Below, piece by piece: positions 31,588-40,667 of a DNA stretch of 54,407 bases (position 1 is its first letter; the number at the start of each line of letters is the position of its first letter). The stretch is from positions 1 to 54,407 of the forward strand of contig JBILIB010000001.1 of NCBI GenBank assembly GCA_044350215.1, read 5' to 3'. Position numbers and translations under genes: made by a program. The notes beneath the pieces are model-generated. The model did not search any database and was not told the DNA's origin. It saw only the letters and a list, made by a program, of their open reading frames with translations. The DNA is from Acidimicrobiales bacterium. GTDB lineage: Bacteria; Actinomycetota; Acidimicrobiia; Acidimicrobiales; Acidimicrobilacustridaceae.

Positions 31588-32193
31588 TTGACTGTTCTGG
31601 TGAGCGTCCCCCAACCGCAGATCGCAGTGGTGTTGGCAGCTGGTGGTTCAACGCGCTTTGCTGCGGGAGCAAAGCAACTCGCCATCGTCGACGGAACACC
31701 TCTGGTGGCGATCGCTGTGCAAGCGGCGGTCAGCGCTGGATGTTTCGCAGAGGTCATTGTCGTGACGGGTGCAGTCCCGCTTGGGTCAGTGGTGCCTGAG
31801 GGTGTGCGGATCATCGAGAACCCGCATTGGGCCCTGGGGCAGGCCAGCTCGCTACAGACGGCGATTGAGGCGGCTCGGAGTGCCGGTGCGGGGGCCGTGG
31901 TCGTTGGGCTGGCGGATCAGCCGGGGGTGACGGCCGAGGACTGGCGGCTGATTTCACAAGCCGAGACACAGTCGCCCATTGTCGTAGCCACCTACGGAGG
32001 GGTTCGGGGAAATCCTGTTCGACTTGGGTCTGAGATATGGGACGAACTGCCAAAAGAGGGCGATGAAGGGGCCCGGGTGCTCTTGCGAAGAAGGTCCGAC
32101 CTCGTGACGGCAGTAGCCTGCCGTGGCGACGCGTCAGACGTCGACACCCTGGAGGATCTCGACCGATGGAACTCATCAACACCTTCGAAGTGA
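31588..32193 (+). CDS. mocA: Molybdenum cofactor cytidylyltransferase-like nucleotidyltransferase
   Basis: [28 protein letters not shown]. Start 31588 or 31600. Confidence 0.85.
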   Translation: MTVLVSVPQPQIAVVLAAGGSTRFAAGAKQLAIVDGTPLVAIAVQAAVSAGCFAEVIVVTGAVPLGSVVPEGVRIIENPHWALGQASSLQTAIEAARSAGAGAVVVGLADQPGVTAEDWRLISQAETQSPIVVATYGGVRGNPVRLGSEIWDELPKEGDEGARVLLRRRSDLVTAVACRGDASDVDTLEDLDRWNSSTPSK

Positions 32194-32849
32194 GCGTGCC
32201 GATTGAAACGGCATGGAAGGTGCTGACTGACGTCGAGCGCATTGCTCCGTGTCTGCCCGGCGCACAACTTCAGGAAATCGAAGGCGAGGAATACCGCGGC
32301 ATCGTCAAGGTCAAGGTCGGTCCGATCCAGGCTCAGTACAAGGGCAAGGCCACGTTCCTCGAGCGCGACGACGTCAACTTCAAAGCCGTTCTCGACGCAG
32401 CCGGTCGCGATACGCGCGGTCAGGGCAACGCAAGCGCCATCATCACTGCTCAACTCGAAGCAGCCGGCGAGAGCACTCTCGTCACCGTCACCACCGACCT
32501 CACGGTCACTGGCAAAGTCGCGCAGTTCGGGCGCGGAGTCTTGGCTGATGTCAGCGCAAAAATTCTCACTCAGTTCGTCGACAATCTTGAACAGACTGTG
32601 CTTGTCGACGACGCCATCCTCGCTCCGATAGCTGAAGCACCTGCCGCTGCACCTGTTGCATCAGACGCGCCGGCTGCAGCTTCAGCCGAAGAGGCTCCAA
32701 CAATCCGCAAGATCGATCAGCCCGAACCTGAAGCAATCAATCTCCTTGAGCAGGCAGGATCGCCCGTTCTCAAGCGTGCGGTCCCGATTCTTGGTGTCGC
32801 AGTCGGCGCGTTGATTGTGTACGGACTCATTCGTCGTCGCCGGAAGTGA
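32166..32849 (+). CDS. coxG: CoxG (SRPBCC) with C-terminal membrane anchor
   Basis: IAPCLPGA, VKVGPI, GKVAQFGRG, TM followed by RRRRK. Confidence 0.9.
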   Translation: MELINTFEVSVPIETAWKVLTDVERIAPCLPGAQLQEIEGEEYRGIVKVKVGPIQAQYKGKATFLERDDVNFKAVLDAAGRDTRGQGNASAIITAQLEAAGESTLVTVTTDLTVTGKVAQFGRGVLADVSAKILTQFVDNLEQTVLVDDAILAPIAEAPAAAPVASDAPAAASAEEAPTIRKIDQPEPEAINLLEQAGSPVLKRAVPILGVAVGALIVYGLIRRRRK

Positions 32850-33334
32850 CCACAGTGGCCGACGATCGAGCCCGGGTTGCCGAGCTTCTCGGTCGTGCGC
32901 CAATGGGGGAGTTCGAGGTCGTTGTGCGCAGCAGCAACGGAGACCCCGCTGTCCTTCGCAACGCTCCGATACTTCCCGATGGAACGCCAATGCCAACGCT
33001 CTATTGGTTATGTGACCCAAGCGTTCGGTCGGCAATCGGAACCATTGAGTCCGACGGCGGAGTGCGCACCGCAGAAGCCGAACTGGGTCTTGAAGTGATT
33101 GAGGCGGCGCATGCTGCCTATGCGGCCGAACGCGATCAGGCAATGCCTGATGACCATCAAGGTCCGGCGCCCTATGGCGGTGTGGGCGGTACTCGAGAAG
33201 GTTTGAAGTGTTTGCACGCGCATTACGCGCATTGGCTCGCAGGTGGCGATGACCCAGTGGGTGAATGGACGAATAGGCAACTGATCGACCGCGGATTGCT
33301 ACCAATCGATGCTCCAAAGCGGGTGAAACGATGA
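32846..33334 (+). CDS. DUF501 domain protein
   Basis: DGTPMPTLYWL, GGVGG, KCLHAH; normal neighbour of ftsB and ppx in actinobacteria. Confidence 0.9.
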   Translation: MTTVADDRARVAELLGRAPMGEFEVVVRSSNGDPAVLRNAPILPDGTPMPTLYWLCDPSVRSAIGTIESDGGVRTAEAELGLEVIEAAHAAYAAERDQAMPDDHQGPAPYGGVGGTREGLKCLHAHYAHWLAGGDDPVGEWTNRQLIDRGLLPIDAPKRVKR

Positions 33335-34248
33335 CTACCCCCGTTGCAGCAATTGATTGCGGCACGAATTCGGTTCGATTGCTCATCACTGCCGATGGTC
33401 GGACACAAATCGAGCGATTGATGCGCATCACCCGGCTTGGTCAGGGTGTCGACGCGACAGGACGCCTCGATTCAGCAGCAATCGAACGAACGCTTGCAGT
33501 GCTGCGTGAGTACCGCGAAGTCATCGACCGGCATGGCGCAACGCGCATCCGTATGGCAGCGACTTCCGCATCCCGCGATGCATCAAACCGCGACGAATTC
33601 TTTAACGCGGCGAAAGAGATTTTGGGCATTATGCCCGAAGTCATCTCCGGCGAAGAAGAAGGTCGCCTTTCTTTTCTCGGCGCGACTGCTGATCTGGATC
33701 CCGCACTCGGCCCGTTCCTTGTTTGCGATATTGGTGGCGGTTCGACGGAGTTTGTTTTTGGTACCACCGAAGCTGAATCAACTATCTCAGTTGATATGGG
33801 TTGCGTACGGATGACCGAGGCGTGGCTTCATCACGATCCACCCACGGCCGAGGAACTTTCACAGGCACTTTCTGTCATCGATATTCATCTCGACGATGTG
33901 CTGCGCGAAATCCCGGAATTGAGCAGTGCCCAGACGTTCGTGGGTCTTGCTGGAACCGTGAGCAACACTGCATCGGTAGAACTGGGTTTGGCTGAGTACG
34001 ACCGCGAAAAGATTCATCATCTGGTTCTTACCCGTCCGGCTGTCGAAGACGTATTTCGAACGTTGGCCACCGAGTCGATCGAAGAGCGCAAAGAGAATCC
34101 AGGACTTGAGGAGCAACGGGCCGACGTCATTGTTGGTGGCCTCTGCGTTCTGGTGGCGACGATGCGACGGTTTGGTCTCGCCGAATGTCTGGTTTCAGAA
34201 TCAGACATACTCGACGGTCTGGCCATGTCGCTTCTCTCCGGTTCCTGA
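33331..34248 (+). CDS. ppx: Ppx/GppA exopolyphosphatase
   Basis: DCGTNS, ATSASRDA, GEEE, DIGGGSTE, RADVI. Confidence 0.94.
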   Translation: MTTPVAAIDCGTNSVRLLITADGRTQIERLMRITRLGQGVDATGRLDSAAIERTLAVLREYREVIDRHGATRIRMAATSASRDASNRDEFFNAAKEILGIMPEVISGEEEGRLSFLGATADLDPALGPFLVCDIGGGSTEFVFGTTEAESTISVDMGCVRMTEAWLHHDPPTAEELSQALSVIDIHLDDVLREIPELSSAQTFVGLAGTVSNTASVELGLAEYDREKIHHLVLTRPAVEDVFRTLATESIEERKENPGLEEQRADVIVGGLCVLVATMRRFGLAECLVSESDILDGLAMSLLSGS

Positions 34249-34318
34249 CGAAAGTCGCCTCTGGGGTGCTGGCGGGGACGAATCGTGGGTGCGAGGTTGG
34301 TCGCTAGGATCGCCTCTT

Positions 34319-34909
34319 GTGACCACATTGTTCGGACGTCGAGTACTGCTTCGTCCGCTCGTGGCGGCTGATTTCCCCGCATGGCGTGAAGTCCGACGAC
34401 GAAATAGCGAGTGGCTCACAAAGTGGGAGCCAACTCGCCCTCCGGGCGCCCCTGATGTCATTGAGGATCGAGAAGCGTTCACGATCCGTTGCAACTCTCG
34501 GCAGCGGGAGCGCCAATTGGGCTCTGGCTATGGATTCGGCATTTTCGTCGAAGGCGAATTTTCCGGCGAGATCAACTTGTCGGCGGTGCAGCGGGGCCCG
34601 TTTCAGGCCGGAAGTATTGGTTACTGGATCGACGAGGCGCGAGCAGGTCAGGGCTACACCCCTGAAGCCGTTGTTGTGCTGGCGAAGTACTGCTTCGATG
34701 ATCTCCACTTGCACCGTCTCGAAATCGCGATTGTTCCTCGCAATGGCGCGAGTCGTCGAGTCGTCGAAAAGTTAGAGCTACGCGATGAAGGTCTCGCGAA
34801 GGGATTCCTTGAGATCAATGGAAACTGGGAAGACCACGTTCGTTATGGCATCACATTCGAAGACTGGCTCGAACGCGGACCATCATTGTGCGAGGCCTGG
34901 CTCTCGTGA
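34319..34909 (+). CDS. RimJ/RimL-family GNAT N-acetyltransferase
   Basis: IGYWID...GQG, LHRLEI, N.AS.RV.EK, INGNWEDH; TAGGAT -10 (34305-34310) 8 nt before GTG. Confidence 0.9.
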   Translation: MTTLFGRRVLLRPLVAADFPAWREVRRRNSEWLTKWEPTRPPGAPDVIEDREAFTIRCNSRQRERQLGSGYGFGIFVEGEFSGEINLSAVQRGPFQAGSIGYWIDEARAGQGYTPEAVVVLAKYCFDDLHLHRLEIAIVPRNGASRRVVEKLELRDEGLAKGFLEINGNWEDHVRYGITFEDWLERGPSLCEAWLS

Positions 34910-36237
34910 GCGATGCGGCGACAGGTCGCCCTCAAGTAAAACCTGATGGAGCATTTGTTGCGTTTCGCTATCGCAACTTTCGCTGGATGTGGAGCGCATC
35001 GCTGCTCTCAAGCAGTGGTTCCTGGTTGCAGATGGTGGCAGTTCCCTACGTGGTCTACACAATTACCGGAAGTGGCGCTTGGCTTGGGTTTGCCGGATTC
35101 CTTGGCTACGCCCCGATGGTGATTACAGGACCGTACGCAGGATCGGTCGCAGACCGTTTCGACCGTCGCAAGGTTCTGATCATCGGGGGCCTCATCCAAG
35201 CGACAATTACATTCGTGCTCTGGATTGCATGGATCGAAGGCGTGCGAAATATTGCCTTTTTCTTAGCGGTCCTGACGCTTGGTGCATTCGCAGGTGGTTT
35301 TACCGTTGCCGCGTGGCAATCGTTTGTCACCGAATTGGTTCCGCGTGAACACCTTTTGAATGCAGTGACATTGAATTCCGCACAGTTCAACGCGGCCCGA
35401 GCGTTCGGACCTGCGCTTGGTGGCGTGGTGCTTGCGACTTTGGGTGTTAGTTGGTGCTTCTTCATCAACGCAGTTTCTTTTCTCGCGATGGTCGGCGGTT
35501 TGCTTGTTATTTCCGTTCCGCCACTTGTGCGCGCAGTGAAAGTCGGCAAGCCGCGACCACTCGCTGAAATGCGCGAGGCGATGCGCTATGTCCGGACTGT
35601 GCCCGGCATCGTCACTTGCCTCATCGTGGTGTGCTCGTTGGGAATGCTCGGTGGTCCGTTATTCAATCTGCTCGTTGTGTTTGCCACCGATGTGTACAAA
35701 ATCGGAGACAGTGCCTACGGCGTACTCGCCGGATGTATGGGTGCCGGTGCAATCATCGTTGCTCCGATCGTTGCAGGACGCGGGAGTCGAGTAAGCCGCA
35801 GCCGAGTGTTGACTATCGCGATGGTCGCGTACGGAGTGGCCCTTGTGGCCCTCGGAGCTGCCCCAGTCGTCCTTGTTGGCGCTGCAGCCTTGCTGGTTGC
35901 TGGTGCCGGTTACCTCGGGATTACCGCCAGCCTCAACACCACCGTGCAGTTGCAGGTGAAAGAAGAGATGCGTGGGCGAACCATGGCGCTTTATCTGATG
36001 GTTCTCACCGCTGCTGTTCCGTTTGGTGCCCTCATTCAGGGTTGGCTGGTCGATGTCATCGGAGTGCAAAAGACTGTTGCTGGTGCAGGTGTTTTGTTCT
36101 TGGCCGTTTTTGTTGTGATGCGCTTTGTTCTCAACCGACTTTCAACAATGGATGCCGTTGATCACGAATTCGGCGCTGAAGACGCGCTGCATATTGCCGA
36201 AGCGGAAGCAACCGAAGCAGCTATCGATCCGATCTAA
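34906..36237 (+). CDS. MFS transporter
   Basis: Multiple TM segments; GSVADRFDRR motif A; GTGA overlap with GNAT. Confidence 0.9.
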   Translation: MSDAATGRPQVKPDGAFVAFRYRNFRWMWSASLLSSSGSWLQMVAVPYVVYTITGSGAWLGFAGFLGYAPMVITGPYAGSVADRFDRRKVLIIGGLIQATITFVLWIAWIEGVRNIAFFLAVLTLGAFAGGFTVAAWQSFVTELVPREHLLNAVTLNSAQFNAARAFGPALGGVVLATLGVSWCFFINAVSFLAMVGGLLVISVPPLVRAVKVGKPRPLAEMREAMRYVRTVPGIVTCLIVVCSLGMLGGPLFNLLVVFATDVYKIGDSAYGVLAGCMGAGAIIVAPIVAGRGSRVSRSRVLTIAMVAYGVALVALGAAPVVLVGAAALLVAGAGYLGITASLNTTVQLQVKEEMRGRTMALYLMVLTAAVPFGALIQGWLVDVIGVQKTVAGAGVLFLAVFVVMRFVLNRLSTMDAVDHEFGAEDALHIAEAEATEAAIDPI

Positions 36238-36254
36238 GCCTCGTCGTTCGAGAT

Positions 36255-37217
36255 TCAATCCTCGTCGAAACGATCGTTGTCTTTGTCGAGTTCGCCGAGA
36301 TGTGCCTTTCCTTGCGCGCAGGTGGTGCGAATCGGGCACCAGCGACATCCCCAACTGGGGCGCACGACCGGAGCGCGAGTACCAACAGAAAGCTCGTGCA
36401 GTTTTCGAATGCCGTCGGCAGTGCGAGCAACAGCCGAGTGCAGGACTCCTTCGGTGATTGCTTCGGCTTGAGCGACACCCGCGTCGAGGTAGTACGAAGC
36501 GGCGAGCCGAGGTGGCGTTCCGATGCGTATCGTTTCGAGTAGGGAGTACAGGCGTAAATCATCAAGATGCGATGGCGACATTGAACCAGTCTTGAAATCG
36601 ATGATGACTTTGCCGGCGGTGAGGCCATCGGCGCGACCCAACGTTAGGTCTGACCGGCCCGAGATCACGATTCGATGATCAAGGAGCTCGAGGCGCATAC
36701 GTGCTTCGGTGACCGGCGACCAGCCTGGCTTGATCGGTGGGAAGCATTCGAGGAACGTTGCGACGCGTTCATTGGCAAAGGCTCGCAGCTCGGCCCTGTC
36801 GGTCTCGGAGCAGGTTGCGAGCCAGGCCGAGATTGAATCGTCTGAGCGTTCGAGACGGTCCATCGCCTCGTCGACGAGTTCAAGCGGAATGGGTCGCCGC
36901 CGCTGATGCATCGAAAGTTCGATGGCTTTATGGGCGATGGTTCCGCGAGCGAGTGGAGGGCTCCACTCAAACGGCGTTTCCTTCTCGGTTAGGTGGCGAA
37001 GTTCGCAGCCATGCACCATTGAGAGATCGTGCTTGTTGACGAAGAGGGGCGCCTCGGGGCTGATCTCGCTTGCGAGGTCGGCGAGCGCGTCGTCGAGGTC
37101 GGCGCGCAGGGTGGCCTTGAGGGTGGGTGGGAATGACGGACGATCCTCGGGGGCGGCGCCAAGAAGGTCGAGGACTTCTTGTTGCGCGGGATTGAGCGGA
37201 GTCTCAGCGTCAGTCAT
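36255..37217 (-). CDS. PD-(D/E)XK nuclease with 1+3 Cys Fe-S staple (Cas4/AddB-like)
   Basis: HGC, GTIAH, E...GRSD...DFKTG, DLRLY, CRWCPIRTTC. Confidence 0.85.
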   Translation of the reverse strand: MTDAETPLNPAQQEVLDLLGAAPEDRPSFPPTLKATLRADLDDALADLASEISPEAPLFVNKHDLSMVHGCELRHLTEKETPFEWSPPLARGTIAHKAIELSMHQRRRPIPLELVDEAMDRLERSDDSISAWLATCSETDRAELRAFANERVATFLECFPPIKPGWSPVTEARMRLELLDHRIVISGRSDLTLGRADGLTAGKVIIDFKTGSMSPSHLDDLRLYSLLETIRIGTPPRLAASYYLDAGVAQAEAITEGVLHSAVARTADGIRKLHELSVGTRAPVVRPSWGCRWCPIRTTCAQGKAHLGELDKDNDRFDED

Positions 37218-37225
37218 TTCGTTGC

Positions 37226-37247
37226 ATCGTACGGAGCGGGTCCGACA
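37226..37247 (-). promoter_or_regulatory. PafBC/RecA-NDp promoter motif TGTCGG-N10-TACGAT
   Basis: Exact match to TGTCGG-N10-TANNNT, 8 nt upstream of the nuclease ATG. Confidence 0.75.
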
Positions 37248-37258
37248 CGGGCAGGGAC

Positions 37259-37280
37259 TGTCACACCTCTCCGGCATCAT
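37259..37280 (+). promoter_or_regulatory. Degenerate RecA-NDp-like motif TGTCAC-N10-CATCAT
   Basis: Same spacing, 7 nt upstream of ATG 37288. Confidence 0.45.
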
Positions 37281-37287
37281 CAGGGCC

Positions 37288-37719
37288 ATGGAAGCTTCTT
37301 CGCTGCGGTTCGCAGCCGCCGCCCGATCACTTGGCGAGGTGGCGCGCGCCGCAGGGCTTGTGGTGCCAAGTTTCCGCAGTCCGCCGCGGCTCGAGGGCGT
37401 TGATCGCACCATGAAGCGCCAGGTCGATGGTGCTGGGGTCGAGGCTGTCACCGTGTCGGTGCGCATCAAAGGTCGGCCGTGGGTCTCGGTGCTGGCCGAC
37501 ATGATCGACGGCGTGCTTGTTGTCAACGCTCTCAGTGGTCCGACAGCGGGCGCAGCTCGCACAGTGATGTGGAGCGCGGTCGAGGCCGACGTCATGCGAG
37601 GTACTGACGTCGATGGCCAAGCGGGCCAACGGCAGCGACGCACGGCCCATGGGGTTGGCGGGCATACAGGGCGCCGGGGCCCCCAGCCTGCTGGCACGCC
37701 GCAGACCAAGGTTGCTTAG
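37288..37719 (+). CDS. Hypothetical protein
   Basis: MEASSLRFAAAARSL...FRSPPR...DRT...ADMIDGV; fills the gap to tRNA-Leu; host-like codons. Confidence 0.7.
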   Translation: MEASSLRFAAAARSLGEVARAAGLVVPSFRSPPRLEGVDRTMKRQVDGAGVEAVTVSVRIKGRPWVSVLADMIDGVLVVNALSGPTAGAARTVMWSAVEADVMRGTDVDGQAGQRQRRTAHGVGGHTGRRGPQPAGTPQTKVA

Positions 37720-37769
37720 GTCTCACGGCGTGCCGGGTCCGGGCGGGGCGGTACCGTTGTCCCATTCCA

Positions 37770-37856
37770 GCCCGGATGGCGGAATTGGCAGACGCAGGGG
37801 GCTTAAACCCCCCGGCCTTTCGGGGCTTGTGGGTTCAAATCCCACTCCGGGCACCA
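37770..37856 (+). tRNA. tRNA-Leu (TAA)
   Basis: GCCCGGA/TCCGGGC acceptor stem, GGGGG-CTTAAAC-CCCCC anticodon arm, long variable arm, GTTCAAATC, encoded CCA. Confidence 0.97.
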
Positions 37857-38048
37857 CGGACCTACATCTCTGCAGGAGAGTCAACTCGCACCACCGTGCC
37901 GGCGGGCAAAATTGTGCGCACTGTGTGAGCGGAGAGATCGGATTCAGCATGGTTTGAGGACGGATCTGTCCGTGTGGAAGCACGTGGAGTTGGCGTATCG
38001 GTGACGCCAATGAAGCAGTCTCAACACCTCGGCAATAACCTCGCCGCC

Positions 38049-38897
38049 GTGCGCACCAGACGGACCGACTTCATCACCTTCGGGGGTGGCAGATCGGGTT
38101 TCCCTCGCGCTGCGCGTCGTCTGGCCAGCGAGGCCAGGCGATCCGAGTTGTTCCAGACCTCCGAATCGATCACCCACAAGGACCTGTTCCGGGATCACCC
38201 GGACTTCGCCGCCCGTCACGCCTCGAGGCTCAATGCGGCCACGCGCGGTTTTGGCTACTGGTTGTGGAAGCCGTACCTCCTCGAAAGTGCACTGCGCGAG
38301 ACGTCGGCCGACTACCTGCTCTACCTCGACGCGGGGTGCGTGTTGAACCTTTCCAGTGCCCGCGCCCGGCAGCGACTCGACGAGTACCACGACATCGCCG
38401 ACCAGAACGGCCTTGCAGTGATGCAGATCCACCATCGGGAGCAAGTTTGGTGCAAGTCGGACACCATGGATCGGCTCGGACTCGATGAACCCGGTCGTTC
38501 CAGCGGTCAAATCCAGGGCGGGACCATCCTGATCAAACGCTCGTCTACCACACAGGACTTCGTGCGGACCTGGCTCGAAATCTCCGAAGAGGATGACTGT
38601 CGGTATCTGAACGACTCACCAAGCACCCGCCCCAATCATCCCGACTTTAAGGAACACCGACACGATCAGGCGATCCTGAGCTGTTTGTGCAAGGTGACGG
38701 GCATTGTCCCCATCGCTGATGAGACCTACTTCGCTCCCGACTGGGCGATCGGTGGCGCAGACCTGCCCATCTGGGCGGCCCGTCACCGCTGGGGAAGCCC
38801 TTTCCGGCCCGATGAGCCGTATTCACTCTCACATCGGGCTGAATGGTGTTTCGATCGGGCCGAGCAATGGTGGGCAGCTCACACGCGACAGGGCTGA
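38049..38897 (+). CDS. Putative glycosyltransferase-like protein (GYW.WKP / D.G / HRHDQ type)
   Basis: GYWLWKPY, YLDAG, EHRHDQAILS; TAACCT -10 7 nt before GTG 38049; codons look more C/G-ending than neighbours. Confidence 0.6.
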   Translation: MRTRRTDFITFGGGRSGFPRAARRLASEARRSELFQTSESITHKDLFRDHPDFAARHASRLNAATRGFGYWLWKPYLLESALRETSADYLLYLDAGCVLNLSSARARQRLDEYHDIADQNGLAVMQIHHREQVWCKSDTMDRLGLDEPGRSSGQIQGGTILIKRSSTTQDFVRTWLEISEEDDCRYLNDSPSTRPNHPDFKEHRHDQAILSCLCKVTGIVPIADETYFAPDWAIGGADLPIWAARHRWGSPFRPDEPYSLSHRAEWCFDRAEQWWAAHTRQG

Positions 38898-39001
38898 ACC
38901 ACGCACACCCCATCTTGCCCAGGAATCGTCGCCTTGGCCCCCATCGACCGCGGCGTGCTTCTCAAGGTGGTGGCCGATGCCCCCTCCCGAAGGCATCGCA
39001 T

Positions 39002-39481
39002 GACGTCGGCCCCGATACTGCGGATCCAAAGAACTTCACATGGGGCGCCGATCCCACGTTGGCCGGTCCAGATCTCAGTCGGGTGCCAGCGGCAATTGCG
39101 TCGGGAAACAGTGTTGGTTACACCGAGCGCCTTGATTATGTGTTTGTGCGCGGTGAGATCACGATCGTCAGTAGCAAGGTCGTAGGCAATTCTTGGCCGA
39201 CATGTATCTCCACTTGGTCATGTGGTGCGGATGCGCAGGTGTCGAACTCGGCCAAAGCTGCTGTTGCGCTCGGTGTTTCTGCACCAGATCAGGCCGTCTG
39301 TTTTGGGTCTGACCATGCTGCAGTAGTTGTAGTGGCGCAACTAGGAACGACAGCCTCGAGCTCAAGTAGTTCGCGGATTTGGTTTGTTGTTGCTGGAGTG
39401 TTCATTGTCGTGATCGTCGCGGCGATCGTTTGGGGTCTCGTGCATCGATCATCGGGTTCGCCTCCCATCGAATCGAAGTGA
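39002..39481 (+). pseudogene. 5'-truncated endonuclease/exonuclease/phosphatase (EEP) family gene with C-terminal TM
   Basis: FTWG, ERLDYVFVRG, SDHAAV and TM anchor present; N-terminal catalytic motifs and plausible start absent. Confidence 0.7.
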
Positions 39482-39533
39482 GCACGTTCACGAGACCTAT
39501 GTCGGTCACACGGTTCTGAAACCAACCGCAATG

Positions 39534-40649
39534 TCAGTTGAGTACTTCATCAAGTTCAACGAAGCGCCCCTCCTCGATGCTGCGATGGGCAGCAACACCG
39601 ACAGCGACCGAAGCGAGCCCGTCGCGCAAAGTCACCGCCGGTTCACTCTCCGAAAGAATCGCGTCGCGCAGAGCAACATGTTCAAGGTACGACGCACCGT
39701 GGTGCATGCCGATGTGGCGAATATCGGGGTCGGCAACGGGCTCTGTGCTCACGTTCCCGTAACCAGCGGATCGTCGGCCGATGCGAACGATTCCCTCTGA
39801 AACCAATGCCTCTACTTTTCCAAGATGACCGACGACGGAGATCTCCTGTTCGTTACGGCTCGCTTCGGCGAACATGCATAAATCAAGCATGGCTCGTGCT
39901 CCGTGTTCGTACTCGATGATCACGAACGCGTTGTCGAGAATGTCGGGAACTTCGCCGTCATAGCGCTCGTCGAGATGATTCACATCTTGCGCACCACTTG
40001 CCATGACGCGAACCGGTCGGTCGTCGACGAGGAGGTTCATGAGGTCGAAGAAGTGACAGCACTTCTCAACAAGCGTTCCGCCGGTATTGCGATTAAATCG
40101 GTTCCAGTCGCCGACCTTCATCAAGAACGGGAATCGGTGCTCACGGATAGCGACCATCTGCACTTGGCCAACGGTTCCGGCTCGAATCTCGGCCAGCACT
40201 CGTTGAGTCGGGGGCATGAACCGGTACTCGAGTCCCATCCAGATGACGCGACCGGGACGGTCGGTGGCCTCGGCGCGATCGATCGCGTCTTTGCAATGTT
40301 CGACGGTGGTACACAGCGGTTTCTCTACCAGTGCGTGTACACCGCTATCGAGTACGTCGAGCAGGACTTCGTGATGGGTGTGATTCGGTGATGCGATTAC
40401 CACGACATCGCAGAGTCCGGAATCGAGCAGTTCGCGATGATTACTGAACGAAGCCATGCGGGTGCCGGGATTCACGGCGGCCTGGGCTCGATCGATGCTT
40501 TCTAAATGGGGGTCGCTCACTGCCGTGACGATGGCACCTTCGAGATGTCCGATGTTGGCGATGTGCTCGCGTCCCATCATTCCCGCGCCAATGATTCCGT
40601 AGCGCAGGACCTCTCCGGGTTGGGTTCGGCCGTCGGCTATTTCCACCAT
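39534..40649 (-). CDS. sqgA: Gfo/Idh/MocA-fold protein, probable NAD+-dependent sulfoquinovosidase (GH188, SqgA-like)
   Basis: GAGMMG, EKP, LEYRFMP, EHRFPFLMKVGDWNRF, GGTLVEKCCHFFDL, HHGA match GH188 motifs as recalled; adjacent to smoB/smoC-like genes. Confidence 0.75.
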   Translation of the reverse strand: MVEIADGRTQPGEVLRYGIIGAGMMGREHIANIGHLEGAIVTAVSDPHLESIDRAQAAVNPGTRMASFSNHRELLDSGLCDVVVIASPNHTHHEVLLDVLDSGVHALVEKPLCTTVEHCKDAIDRAEATDRPGRVIWMGLEYRFMPPTQRVLAEIRAGTVGQVQMVAIREHRFPFLMKVGDWNRFNRNTGGTLVEKCCHFFDLMNLLVDDRPVRVMASGAQDVNHLDERYDGEVPDILDNAFVIIEYEHGARAMLDLCMFAEASRNEQEISVVGHLGKVEALVSEGIVRIGRRSAGYGNVSTEPVADPDIRHIGMHHGASYLEHVALRDAILSESEPAVTLRDGLASVAVGVAAHRSIEEGRFVELDEVLN

Positions 40650-40667
40650 GGAACTAGCCTACGGCCC
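40650..40667. promoter_or_regulatory. Bidirectional leaderless promoter with overlapping -10 elements
   Basis: TAGCCTA (40655-40661) reads TAGCCT on + (7 nt before GTG 40668) and TAGGCT on - (6 nt before ATG 40649). Confidence 0.75.

Noticed and set aside
36255-37217. CRISPR-Cas adaptation gene (cas4)
   Set aside because: No cas1/cas2 and no repeat-spacer array anywhere in the window; treated as a solo nuclease.
37770-37856. bldA-type translational control by tRNA-Leu(TAA)
   Set aside because: In-frame TTA codons occur in housekeeping genes here (for example mfd and eno), so TTA is not restricted to regulated genes.
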